DNA from: Octopus sinensis
Taxonomy: Eukaryota
Direction of reading: 5' to 3'
NCBI RefSeq assembly: GCF_006345805.1
Contig: NC_043005.1
Span: forward strand, 89,342,001-89,406,000
Length of the DNA: 64,000 bases
In this document: positions 11,735 through 24,142 of the stretch, in pieces
Layout: each line of letters opens with the position of its first letter
Position numbering within the stretch: the stretch's first letter is position 1
Program-made: the position numbers and the translations under genes
Notes under the pieces: generated by a model
Database searches by the model: none
What the model saw: only the letters and a program-made list of their open reading frames with translations
What the model was told of the DNA's origin: nothing

Positions 11735-12491
11735 AAACAGCCATGATTCAGAAAATGAAAGAATCCAGAAATCTGGGCTGGATACTTGCCAAATAAATTG
11801 TTCAATAGCCTGTGGCCCTGTAGCCCTTGATGGACGTTTTCACACAACATTGCTTATTGTTATGTTTATATAATTTTTTAGACACTTTGAGTTTTATTTT
11901 TCAATATTTGATTTTTGTTCTATATCTTATAAATATTATTACAAACAATGTTTAGATGAAGCATTATTAAGTGAGCCTATTCTGTGTGTGTATGCATATA
12001 CACACACATACATATATTCTTACATATATTCTGGTTCCTCTGTCCCCATTCCTACTTACTTTGTACCTTGAAAGTCCACCTAGGCACCTCATGCCCCTAT
12101 TTTTACCTCTTCCCAGCTTCATTTTGAAGACTCCCATCCTTCTATAACTTTAGTAGCCATGTTGATCCTCTACAACAGGAAACTTGTTCTAGTCCCTTCT
12201 TTCATGTTTTAACTCCTTATCTCCTAGCTTAATGACACCCCTGGGAGGTTTTATAGTCTTCTAGGTTGCATGGCAACCTTACTAGTGCTGGTCCCTCGAA
12301 AATAAAGCATTCAGTACCCTCTGTAAAGGGTTTGGCTTTAGGAAGAGCATCAAATTGTAGAAACTGACAAACCAGACAGGACGGTAGAACAATGCCATCT
12401 TTGCACCCATCAGATCCTGTCAAACTTGTCCAAGCCATGTCAGCATGGAAGACAAACATTAAATGGTGATAAGGATGACAATGATGATGAC

Positions 12492-12563
<72 letters not shown>

Positions 12564-12565
<2 letters not shown>

Positions 12566-12808
12566 GGGTTATTCAAAAAGAACAAACTGATTCCATCACA
12601 CAATATTTTAATAAGGAAAAGCAATAGAAAACTCCAGCTAAGTCACAAGTATTTACTCACAATCAACTTTTATTTCCTGTCTTACAAGTGTTCAATGTGG
12701 CCACCACCCGCAACAGTAAATACTTGTGACTTAGCTGGAGTTTTCTATTGCTTTTCCTTACTAAAATATTGTGTGATGGAATCGGTTCGTTCTTTTTGAA
12801 TAACCCTG
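12564..12808. mobile_element. Tc1/mariner-type MITE
   Basis: About 94-bp TIRs starting CAGGGTTATTCAAAAAG, TA on both sides, inside a (TA)n tract. Confidence 0.85.
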
Positions 12809-13426
12809 TATATGTGTATATATACATATATAAATATATATATATATATGACTTGAAGGTTTGGTCATTGTTTAGTTATAGATTTACTTATTAGATTTAT
12901 TCACAGATACTGTTGTACATAGGGTAAATGGGTTTGAAAGTTATGGTTTTTTTTGGTTTCCCAAACAACACTTATTTTAGTACTGTTAACACCACTGGAT
13001 TGAATGGTATTGCCTAGGTGTCAAAATCATAATGATATGCTTAAGGCAGCTGATGATGGAAGTATGTTGGATTGTTGGTATGGCTGTTTTTGTATATATA
13101 AAATAGTATTATAACACATCCTTTTGATATAATATTTTGTCGCCTGACTGGCTCCTGTGCAAGTGGCACGTAAAAAGCACCATTTGAGCATGGTCGATGC
13201 CAGTACCACCTGACTGGCCCTCATGCCAGTGGTACGTTAAAGCACCCACTACACTATTGGAGTGGTTGGTGTTAGGAAGGGCATCCAGCTGTAGAAACCT
13301 TGCCAAATCAGATTGGACCCTGGTGCAGCATCCTGACTTGCCAGTTCTCAGTCAAACCATCCAACCCATGCCAGCATGGAAAGCAGACATTAAACGATGA
13401 TGATGATGATATAATATCTTTTGCAG

Positions 13427-13513
13427 GAAGCTTTCAAAGCTGGAAATGTTGATTTTGATGATTTTATTCGAACAACAGAAGCTAGACATATCTCCGCTGT
13501 GGAGCAGTTGTGG
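13427..13513 (+). CDS. MARS2: MARS2 exon 4
   Basis: ttgcag|EAFKAGNVDFDDFIRTTEARHISAVEQLW|gtaagt; conserved DFIRTT..RH motif. Confidence 0.95.
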
Positions 13514-14082
13514 GTAAGTTGTTTGGATGCTGTAGGTTGGACAGCACTTTCTTACATTTACACTTGTAGAGTTGCACATTTGTGCAAATGTTTTTAGGTC
13601 ATGCAGAAAATTTAGAAATTCTGTTTGAGAAAGGTCTAATGTAGGTGCAGGTATGGCTGTGTGATAAGAAGCTTGCTTCTTGGTCTCATGGTTCCAAGTT
13701 CAGTCCCACTTTGGACAAGTGTCTTCTATCATAGCCACAGGACAACCAAGGCCTTGTGAGTGGATTTGGTAAACAGAAACTGAAAGAAGACCATCCTGTG
13801 TATATGTGCGTGCGTGTGTGTGTGTGTCTGTGGCTGTGTGTTCCCCACCACTGCTTGACAATCGGTGTTGGTTTGTTTACATCCCTGTAACTTAGTAGTT
13901 CAACAAAAGAGACTAATACAATAAGTACCAGACTTAAGACAACAAACAAGCCCAGGGGTCGATTTGTTCAACTAAAATTCTTCAAGCCAGTGCTCCAGCA
14001 TGACTGCAGTCAATTGATTGAAACAAATCAAAAATAGTTTGTGTGTGTCTTTTATTGGCTCTGTTTATATTAGTTTTTTTGG

Positions 14083-14439
14083 AGTAAAGATTGTTTGCCA
14101 ACATAACATGGCAGCCTGTGCTGGTGGCACGTAAAAAAGCACCAACCGATCGTGGCTGCTGCTGCCAGCCTCCCCTGGCACGTAAAAAGCACCCACTACC
14201 CTCATGGAGTGGTTGGCGTTAGGAAGGGCATCCAGCTGTAGAAATACTGTCAGCTCAGACCGGAGCCTGGTGCAGCCTCCTGGCTTCCCAGACCCTGGTC
14301 AAACCATCCAACTCGTGCTAGCACGGAAAACGGACATTGAACGATGATGATGTTGCTGTAATTTACCCCCAGGAGACATCATCTCCAGCTGGCTATACGA
14401 CATGATCTGTGTCCTTATATATGGCAAACAATCTTTACT
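14083..14439. mobile_element. MITE-like element with 18-bp TIRs, interrupted by an RTE 3'-end copy
   Basis: AGTAAAGATTGTTTGCCA ... TGGCAAACAATCTTTACT; shorter sister copy at 37218-37305. Confidence 0.65.
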
Positions 14440-14544
14440 AGAAATAACCTCTTACACAGAATTAAGGAATTCCTCTGAACTAAGAAGCGTTGCATAAAGC
14501 TTATGTTTCCCTATGATACACAATTGTTGTTTTACCATTTATAG

Positions 14545-14673
14545 AGAACCCTTGACAAGAACGGTTTCCTTTACAAAGCTGTCTACAAGGGCTGGTATTC
14601 AACTCACGATGAAATGTTTGTCCCTGAAAACAATGTTGAAGAAATCAAGATTGAGAATAACAACTCTGTAAAA
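14545..14673 (+). CDS. MARS2: MARS2 exon 5
   Basis: ttatag|RTLDKNGFLYKAVYKGWYSTHDEMFVPENNVEEIKIENNNSVK|gtaaga; Y.GWY...DE motif. Confidence 0.95.
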
Positions 14674-14923
14674 GTAAGAACCAATTCCTAATAATGTTTT
14701 GTACATTTTTTTTATTTTATAAATAAACTCTGTTGAGTCATTAAAGACTGAATCATTTAGTTTGAGCTAAATCCACATCATAAGTTCTGGCAAACTTTCC
14801 CAGTTGGGTCATGGAGAGTAAAGACACCAGAGTTCTTTGTAAATTGTTGGTACAAGAATAGGTCGTGATGAGACTACTGTTGAAGCGTTAGCTCTTGTTG
14901 TGGCTGGTTACAATTGAACCTGT

Positions 14924-15188
14924 TGGGCATATGGCGTAGTGGTTAGGAGCACGGGCTACTAACTCCAAGATTCCGAGTTCGATTCCAGTCAGTGACCTGA
15001 ATAATAATAATAATAATATCAAAAAATACCTTAGGAATGAGAACTCAGGTTCGAAATTTCCCCAAGACACTTGATGAAGGCTGGAGGGTATATCAGCCGA
15101 AACATTGTGTTAATAACAAACGAGATGAGGACAAATATCCGTCAAATGTAAATAATGTACATAATTCCTCATCTCTTAAATATAGAAC
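14924..15188 (+). mobile_element. tRNA-headed SINE with hammerhead-like 3' half
   Basis: A/B-box head ggcatatggcgtagtggtt...gagttcgattcc, (AAT)n spacer, gacac-ttgatga-a-ggctg..cagcc-gaaac-att-gtgtt, end aaatatagaactg. Confidence 0.75.
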
Positions 15189-15511
15189 TGTATGATTTTA
15201 CATGAATATATTTTATCCAAAACTGCTTCATGTGACGTTAATTTTAAGGCATGAAGCTGACAGAATTGTCAGCAAGCCGGATGAGATGCTGAGCAGCATT
15301 TTGTCTGTCTTTACATTCTGTTTCAAATTCTACCAAGATTGACTTTGCCTTTCATCCTTTCAAGGTCAATAAAATAAATACCAGTTATGCACTGGGGGGG
15401 GGGGTCAATGTAACTGATTTACCCCTACCCTTGGAATTGCTGACCTTCTGCTAAAATTTGAAGCCAATTACATGCACACATACACACATATTTGTGTGTA
15501 TCTCTTTTCAG

Positions 15512-15617
15512 ATTTGTGTGGACACAGGAAACGAAGTGAGTTGGATGGAGGAAACGAATTACATGTTTGCCCTGTCAAGACTAAAACCAGAACTCACAGA
15601 ATTGCTTAACACACAAT
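15512..15617 (+). CDS. MARS2: MARS2 exon 6
   Basis: tttcag|ICVDTGNEVSWMEETNYMFALSRLKPELTELLNTQ+t|gtaagt. Confidence 0.95.
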
Positions 15618-18072
15618 GTAAGTGTTCCATGTTGTATTTCTTCTGTTCTTCCATTTTGTATAAGAATCATCTGTGGAGACATGCAGAAAACGGTCGGCTG
15701 GAAAATAATGATGGGTGCTTTGGAGTTATGTGCAGCTAAACTAGACTAAATTCTAAGACAAAATGTCTGACTAATTTGGGATATTAATAAAAATACAAAG
15801 TGAACCAGTTAGAAAATGCATGAAATGAATTTGCTCTCTGGTTTGATATTTGTTGTATGTCTTCTAGAATAAGCTTCTACAAATCAGTTTTAATTTCTCA
15901 TGTCTAATGACTTTCAAGAATGCTGACATATAAATTTATCTTGTGTCACTGGAATGTCGATCTCTCACTTCTAAAAACACCATGTGACCTGCCTTGACCA
16001 ATAGCAGCCCAGTTCTCAATACCTCTACGTTTGGCTCACTAAGCCTGACAAACTAGGTTTCTGTAAAAAGCCTATACTACTTTAAGTTGCACTGGGCTGA
16101 ATCAAACTGTTTTAAACAATCATCATCATTTGATGTCCGTTTTCCAAGCTGGCATGGGTTGGACAGTTTGACTGAGGTCTGGAGAGCCAGCAGCCACACC
16201 AGGCTCGAAAAATTGTATTGTAGATAAACAATGACAGGGCAAAAAATGTACAACATATACCGAGTGTACAATTGGATGGGAGTCAGACACAGAGGTCCCT
16301 AATTCTTCATCAGTTATCAACCAGATGGTTTTGCACCATTAATGATGAGACTGAGAACTTCGCATGCTGGCAGTGGCCATGAAAGTTGCAGAGAATATAG
16401 GGCTGAGAGCAAACAAACCAATACAGAGTGGACATACAAAAGTGAATAAATGTAATTTAAGACAATGGACAAAGATGAAACAAACAAGAAATGAGCAAAA
16501 TATAGTCTTAGGGCCAAAAGGACATATGTACATACAAAAGACAGCAGAGTGTGATTTGAGGAGCATTTGGGTATTATTTCTAGCAGTTTAGAGGACTCGT
16601 TCACTGTTCACTTCCTGTGCATTGTTCTCTATTCCATTCATGCACTTTTGGCTACTTTTTTTCTGATGAGTTGTGGTGTACCTGAGCAGCACCTGTAGAC
16701 TATAGGTTCATTATCATTATCATCATCCAAGTAATGTGGTGAGCTGGCAGAAATGTTAGCACACCGGGTGAAATGCTTAATGGTATTTCGTCTGTCTTTA
16801 TTTTCTGAGTTCAAATTCCGCCAAGGTTGACTTCGCCTTTCATCCTTTTGCGGTCAATAAATTAAGTACCAGTTACATACTGGAGTAGATCTAATCGACT
16901 GGGCCCCCTCCCCAAAAATTTTGGGCTTGTGATTATTATAATCCCAGTATTTGATTCATATTTTATCTACCCCTGAAGGATGAAAAGCAAAATCAACCTT
17001 GATGGGACTTGATCTTAAAATATTAAAGCATTTCATTCAACATTCTAACAATTCTATAAATCCACCATCATCATCATCGTTTAACGTCCGCTTTCCATGC
17101 TGGCATGGGTTGGACGGTTCCACCGGGGTCTGAGAAGCCAGGAGGGCTATACCAGGCTCCAGTCTGATCTGGTAGTGTTTTTACAGCTGGATGCCCTTCC
17201 TAATGCCAACCACTCCATTAGTATAGTGGGTGCTTTTTATGTGCCACCAGCACAGGGGCAGAGGAGGCTGGTAACGGCCACAATCAGTTGGCTTTTTACA
17301 TGCTACCCCACTTATCTGCTATTACCCTCAATCCTCACCCTCAAATGTCTCCTGTATTTCTTGCCATCATTTGTAACAGTCACCTCTTGCATGCCCAGTC
17401 ACCCAGTCCAAACCTCTATATCACTTCATTTATTTTCACCACCCCCAATGTCCCTTAAGGGCATGTCCCAACACATCTCTGCCATAATTGCTCTATCACT
17501 CTCTTTACTATACTCTCTAACTTGCCCCACTTTGTTTCCCAACTGGGGTACCCATGTATCTACTCTACAGCAAGACACCTATCCTTGTCCCTCTTCACCT
17601 TCAATCTCTCAACAGCTACAAAGCCACACCCTTCACAACTACTCCCACCCACCCCAGCTGAGGGGGTTTTGTCTTGCAAGTTACTTGGTGACCCTGTCGG
17701 TACTGGGGCCATGTAAAACGCATTGGTGATGGTGCTGCATAAAAAGCACCTGCTACACTCTGTCAAGTGGTCAGCATTAGGAAGGGCATAAAGCCATAGA
17801 AACCATGTCAAAAAATACAATTGGGGCCTGGTGTGACTCTTGGCCTTGTCCAACCCATGCCAGCATGGAAATCAGACATTAAATGATGAATGATAATATA
17901 TAATTACTCACAAAGCTTTGATTGCAGTGGGATTGAACCTAGAAGCATGTGGCTGAGAAGCAAACTTCTTAACCACACAGCCACACCTAATTCAACATTT
18001 TCTACAACTGAAATCGTGTCTCTATGCTGTTGTAACATCTTTCTCTTTCTCTTTTTTAAAATTATTTCCCAG

Positions 18073-18200
18073 TTGTACAACCTGCAGTATGGCAGCCATT
18101 GGCTCGGAGTTACCTTCACAATCTGCCTGATCTTTCTGTTTCACGAAGAAGAGATAGACTTCCCTGGGGTATTGCGGTACCAAATGATGACACACAGACC
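18073..18200 (+). CDS. MARS2: MARS2 exon 7
   Basis: tcccag|(F)VQPAVWQPLARSYLHNLPDLSVSRRRDRLPWGIAVPNDDTQT|gtaagt; DLSVSR...WGI.VP motif. Confidence 0.97.
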
Positions 18201-19732
18201 GTAAGTAATTCTTTAAGACATTCTACATTCTTGACACGACTTCAAAGAACCGTGTCTTTGTTCTTTCCATACTCTCACATTTAAAATGTAATCTACGAGA
18301 ATCTCAAGAGAACTTTCTGGTTCTTTCAAGACAACAAAAGACACTCCATGTTAGGCATGGGCAACCTATTTTTGCTCTTTTTGAAGCTAGCCACTCACGG
18401 TATGGCTCATTGGTGGGCCACACTGCTAAAGAAAAATTCAAGGTAATTTTTTGTTAAGTGAGCCATTAAGAAAGTCCTGTCACTGCTCTCTGTAGTTTCC
18501 AGAAATAGCAGCGAAATTTCCCTCCAACCACACCCTACTGTCTTAAAAGAAGGAAGGACAGGTTGGATAATGTAGTTGTAAAGATTAGTAAATAAAGGTA
18601 GGATGGTGACTGAGAGGTAAAGCAATCAGAACAGCAGTTACATTTTCTCTTGAATTTGTTGGTCCTAGGTGAGGGACAGTACTCACAACTTTTCCCCAGG
18701 GACTCTCCGAGAGTGAAGCAGAGAGTTAATTTGATTGTAATTTATCTTCAATTCGAGCTGTAACTATTGTAGGTCGGTGTCTGTGAAGATGGTGAAAGTG
18801 GCTAGGAATCTGTAGCACTTTGTTACTGGAAGGAAACAGACAAGCGAAAAAGTAGTTAAAGGGAGATAACTAAGGATAGCAGCCATGATGCTGGATGTTA
18901 AAAAAAACAAAAAACCATGAAGATTTCAGAGAAGAAAAAGATCTATAAGACTGGAGTGGTGGGATTTAATTATATTCTTCAAATTCTGAGATTAAATCCT
19001 GCCAAGGTGAACATTGAAGCACTTTCGGCTATGGTTGATAAGTTCTGGAATTCATGTAATCAGCTAAATTTTTACACTAAAAAATTGCTAGCCTCATACT
19101 TAAATTAGAAATCTTCATCATCATCATTATTATTATGATGATGATGACCTCTGCTTAGATATATAAGAATGAGTTGAAACAATCACTGAAATCTCAACAG
19201 CTTAGTTTGACATCTTGGGGCAAGTTATTGCCTAAGATTGGTCTGAGTGGCAGAGAAGGTGTCATGATGCATCTAAACAATATCAGTTGAAGAAACAGAA
19301 TGGTAAAGGAATTCTATCCTGCAAATCAACAGACGACACATTTGTCCAATCCCAGCTAAAATCCAAATCATCAGTTATTGTGACTTCATAGCAAACTCCA
19401 TCCGTATCTGGACTCAAATCATAGATGCAGCTTCATGTTTTTTTTTAATCGTTTCCTTCAAATTTTGAAGTCAGCCGACATGTGTGATTATCATTATAAT
19501 ATCAGGGGCAGTGGATTGACGGAATTATCATGGCATCAGGAATAAAATACTCTCCAGTATTTGTTCCACCTCTCTCACACACAAGTTCTGAGTTCAAATT
19601 CTGCCTAAACCATGTGCTTGGGAAGCTAACTTCTTACCACACAGCCACACATCCATTATCACAAATTGTTTTGTCTGATGTTCTACCAATTCTCCCTGCC
19701 CTGACCTTATAAATTTAATGACAAATGTCTTC

Positions 19733-19777
<45 letters not shown>

Positions 19778-20249
19778 GGCAGCAAGCTAGCAGAAATGTT
19801 AGCATGCTGAGCAAATTGCTCAGCAGTATTTCATCTGTCTTTTCATTCTGAGTTCAAATTCTGCCGAGATCGACTTTGCCTTTCATCCTTGGGGGGTGAG
19901 GTTGATAAATTACCAGTTGCATACTGGGGTCAATCTACTCGACTGCCCCCCACCTCCCCCAAAATTTTGGATCTTGTGTCTCAGGAAAGATTATTATTAT
20001 TATTATTATTATTGTTGTTGTTATTATTATTATTAAGATGGTGAGCTGGCAGAATAATTAGCATGCTGGTCAGAATGCTTTGTAAGATTTCATCTATCTT
20101 TATGTCCAAAGTTTAAATTCCACTGAAGTCAACTTCGCCTTTCAGCTGTTTCATCCCTTTAATGAAATAAATACCAGTTGAACACTGGGGTTGATGTAAT
20201 CGACTATCCCCCTCCCCCAAAATTTCAGGACTTGTGCCTTCTGTAGAAA

Positions 20250-20820
20250 GGATTATTATTATGAGAGAGAGAGAGCAGTGCATGCTTTCAAAGTGTCACT
20301 GGGGTAAAATATATGAAGCCCAGTATACCCATCATGACCACCCGTCTGATAAGGGTACACCAGGCACGTGCAACACAGCCATATGTGCGCAACATGGTGA
20401 TCACATATCAAGATAAACAGCGCATGACCTTGCAGGTGGGGCCCAGTTAGAATTTTCTTCAGGCCGAGTAACCCATTCCACACAAGATGTTCCTGAATAA
20501 GGGTTGTTTAAGGATGTTGAACAAAACTCCCATATTTCCAAGGGTGAGTTATCCAAACCCCAAAGAATCCCTCTCAACACATGGCTATGATGCTCCCCCA
20601 TTACTTCTGCTTGTGATCAGAGATGCACATATCGTCAGCCACCAAGGGACATGCTCAACTGGTTAAGGTCAAACAACTGACAAGCAAATCTGTGGTATTG
20701 AGCAGAATATTTGCTGTAGCCCATCTTTTACACCAAGACAAAATAATGTACGCAATAACACTTCCAATCAGTTAAGATCAGAAGCCATGAGAGCCACTGC
20801 CTGGTACTGCGTCAGGGCAT
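20250..20820. repeat. Unclassified interspersed repeat-like block
   Basis: Compositionally distinct 570-bp block bounded by (GA)n and (ATT)n tracts; family not identifiable from this window alone. Confidence 0.3.
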
Positions 20821-21096
20821 TTTTATTATTGTTATCATTATTATTATTATTATTCCTTTCTATATATGTTGTTGTATTCTTTGATTTATGTCTAACCCTT
20901 TAGCATTCAAATTACTCTGTCGAATGTGGAGCATATTTATTTACATTGTTTGGAATTAATCGTTCATTATCTCAGCTTTGAGATTTCAATAAATTGATTG
21001 TTTATATTTTAGAATGACATAGTTGGGCTGGTGTCAAAGGCTTGATCTGTCCAGTTTTAATGCTAAACGACCCATCATTTCTCTCTTTCACCTTAG

Positions 21097-21206
21097 ATCT
21101 ATGTTTGGCTCGATGCTCTGGTCAATTACCTCACTGTAACTGGTTACCCAAATATGCAAAACAGTTGGCCACCAAACTGCCATGTCGTTGGTAAAGAAAT
21201 CCTAAA
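21097..21206 (+). CDS. MARS2: MARS2 exon 8
   Basis: ccttag|[36 protein letters not shown]+aa|gtaaga. Confidence 0.97.
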
Positions 21207-22398
21207 GTAAGACAGACTTTGTTACAATATTACAGAATTATTACAATGTTTAGAGGTTTTGGATGGGGTCAGAGTGGTGATGGTGGTGGACATCATGTCC
21301 ATGCTGGAGTGGAGTGTGAAACAATGCTTCATATATCGTTTTGAGTGGAGTCAGTCTCTCTCACTGTGTGTCTGTGTACATATGTGCACATGCATATATA
21401 CATGTGTGCAGCATAATTTAATGAGTGTTGTTGAGTCATATCTCACTGTTATCTACATTGCTATCACTCCTCCTCATCATCATCATCATCATCATCGTCA
21501 TCATCATCATCTCATCATCCATCATCATCCCATCACTGTGTCCACACAACTTGGACACCTCTCAGCAGACTTGCACTAGTTTCATGGACAAAAGACCTCA
21601 GAGGGGTTTCGACAATCTCAGCTCCTAACAATGTCAAGACAACTGTTGGCCATATTAAACCAGCAGTGTTGCTCCTCAGCCTCCCAACATGCAACTAAAG
21701 CCTCGCTTATGATAATCTCACAGATTCTGATTAATCTCATAGATTATAACATAAATTACATCATGGCTAAAGCTGCATCTCAAACTCTATGTTTATTCTT
21801 CAGGGTCAGACTGTGTTTTTGTTTTGGTCAGCTGCAAATTCCTGTTGAAATACACAGACTTTGTTTCAATTCATTTTGAAAATAATGAAAAATTTAGGAA
21901 AATAACTTTGTCATTTATTAAACTGGTGTTTGAAACATAAATTAACATACATTAACATGAAATTCTGATGGAAGATTTTCAGTCAAGTCCCTTCAAGCAT
22001 TCAGCTTTCACATTTATTCAGTTAAATATAATACTTATTTATTAACATGGTTTTGAATTAATCATGCAGTTATCTTACTAAGTCTTTGGTTTTTGCTAAA
22101 TTAACTCTAAGGCCCTTTGATTCTTAGACCTTACTTCCACACCTGGAATTTCTTCTCTAGTTCTGGTAGTAAATCAGCTTTATAAATATGGTTCCAGACG
22201 TGAAAGTTGTAAACTTCATGACTCCATATTGTTTTGTACACACTCCCATTGGTTGACAAGGACCAACTGCAGCATAGTACAAAGCTAAATAGAAAGATAT
22301 ATCAGCGGATAACATGTCTATGGAGAATTCTCTAAGAGAATAAAGGATTAATGATGGCAACAATTCTCATAACACAGCATAACATGAAAAGAAACACA

Positions 22399-23000
22399 TA
22401 CAAGGTCTGAGCAAAATGTATCGGGATTGGTGCTATAAAAAGAAAACTACATCATCATCATCATCAATCATCCATCATCAGTAATTAACGTCCGTTTTCC
22501 ATGCTGGCACAGGTTGGACAGTTTGACTGAGGTCTGGAGAGCCAGTGGCTGCCCCAGCATTTAGTCTCCTTCAAAGTAATCCCCCTTTTGAAGCCACATG
22601 CTTTGTATCCAGCACCATTTCCATTGATGGAAACATTCCTGGAACTCCTTTTTTTGGGATAGCGAGCAATTGCTTCAATGCGTTATCTTGCATTTCCTTG
22701 GGGCCTTGAAATCTTGTTCCTTTCACACTTCCAGTCACTGCTATAAACAACAGCGGTGAGTGCGAACATTGTAACTTGTGTGACAGAGTTGAAGGTGTCA
22801 GTCTGTGCCAAACCGCTTCACTCTGTATAATTGATCTCTGTTACCATAGCAGCAGTCCTGATACTTTCTGATCAAACCTTATCGGCACACATGTTAATCA
22901 CAAACAACTAAACTTTGACTGTTAGATTCACACAACACCAGTCAAATTGCAGCAGTTTTGGCTCTGCTTACAACAAAGAGGTAGCAATACACACCAACAT
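22399..23000 (-). mobile_element. Mariner transposon remnant
   Basis: Minus strand decayed C-terminus ...LAIPKKEFQECFHQWK...KGDYFEGD*; TA-CAAGGTCTG terminal sequence; interrupted by an RTE tail at about 22450-22555. Confidence 0.7.
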
Positions 23001-23538
23001 CATCCAGAAGATGAGACAGTGAAGGTTGAAAAATGTTAATGGATTTTGGAAAGTTTTTGTTCCAAACTAACCGAAGAAACTTATTTGAGAACATGGCAAA
23101 GCCTTCTTAGAAAGTTCGAACTCAAGCATAGTCTTGTACTAGAACACACACACACACGTCTCTCTCTCATAGAGTGCTGCTGCCACAAAAAAGAAAGAAA
23201 CATCCAGTACATTTTTTTGTTGGCAGCTCCACCTATAAGAAGTATGCCAAAGCTACATAGGAGCTCATTGCATTCTTCTGCCTCATCAGATCTTCTTGAT
23301 CTGTGCAACCCATGCCAGCATGGAAAGCAGACATTAAGTGATGACGATGAGGATGTATGAAATAAGTACATATATATTGTTAAATGATGATGATGATGAT
23401 GATGATATTGTACATAATTTATATAGTTTTATATATGTACATATATTTATATTAATAAGTCTAACCCATGCTAGCATGGAAAGCGGACGCTAAACGATGA
23501 TGATGATGATTATATAGAATCAAGTCTCTCCTTTCCAG

Positions 23539-23638
23539 ATTCCATGCCGTGTTTTGGCCAGCCTTTTTACTTGCTGCAAACATGAAACTTCCACATCAAA
23601 TCCTGTGCCATGCTCATTGGACAGTCGATGGCCACAAG
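23539..23638 (+). CDS. MARS2: MARS2 exon 9
   Basis: ttccag|a+FHAVFWPAFLLAANMKLPHQILCHAHWTVDGHK|gtaata; 100 nt restores frame; not visible as a MetRS peptide in the ORF track. Confidence 0.96.
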
Positions 23639-23678
23639 GTAATATTTTATTACACACAAATTGTATGCATGTAAGTGT

Positions 23679-23709
<31 letters not shown>

Positions 23710-23710
<1 letters not shown>

Positions 23711-23871
23711 GGTGCAGGAGTGGCTGTGTGGTAAGTGCCTTGTTTACCAACCACATGGTTCTGGGTTCAGTCCCACTGCATGACACCTTGGGCAAATGTC
23801 TTCTACTATAGCCTCGGGCCAACCAAAGCCTTCTGAGTGGATTTGGGAGACAGAAACTGAAAGAAGCCCAT

Positions 23872-23920
<49 letters not shown>

Positions 23921-24120
23921 TTATGTGTCTGTGTTTGTCTCCCAACATTGCTTGTCAAGCAATGTTGGTATGTTTACATCCCCCGTAACTTAGCGGTTTG
24001 GCAAAAGAGAACCAATAGAATAAGTACTAGGCTTACAAAGAATAAGTCCTGGGGTCGATTTGCTCAACTAAAGGCGATGCTCCAGCATGGCTGTAGTCAA
24101 GTGACTGAAACAAATAAAGA
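23710..24120 (+). mobile_element. tRNA-derived SINE family A (representative). Other copies at about 3521-3635(-), 8500-8845(-), 9785-10110, 13644-14030, 25910-27070 (split), 31680-32030(-), 35575-36200, 38652-39050, 47590-47955(-), 53500-53950, 57160-57570, 60770-60965(-)
   Basis: gtggctgtgtggtaag..ccacatggttc.gggttcagtccc head, central (TA/TG)n, 3' end gctccagcatggc..cagtcaaatgactgaaacaagtaaaaga. Confidence 0.85.
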
Positions 24121-24142
24121 AAAAAGAATCTACACAGACATG

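Noticed and set aside
22226-22280. HSHW-encoding frame resembling MetRS exon 9
   Set aside because: No FHA..WP motif or suitable splice sites; the true exon is 23539-23638.
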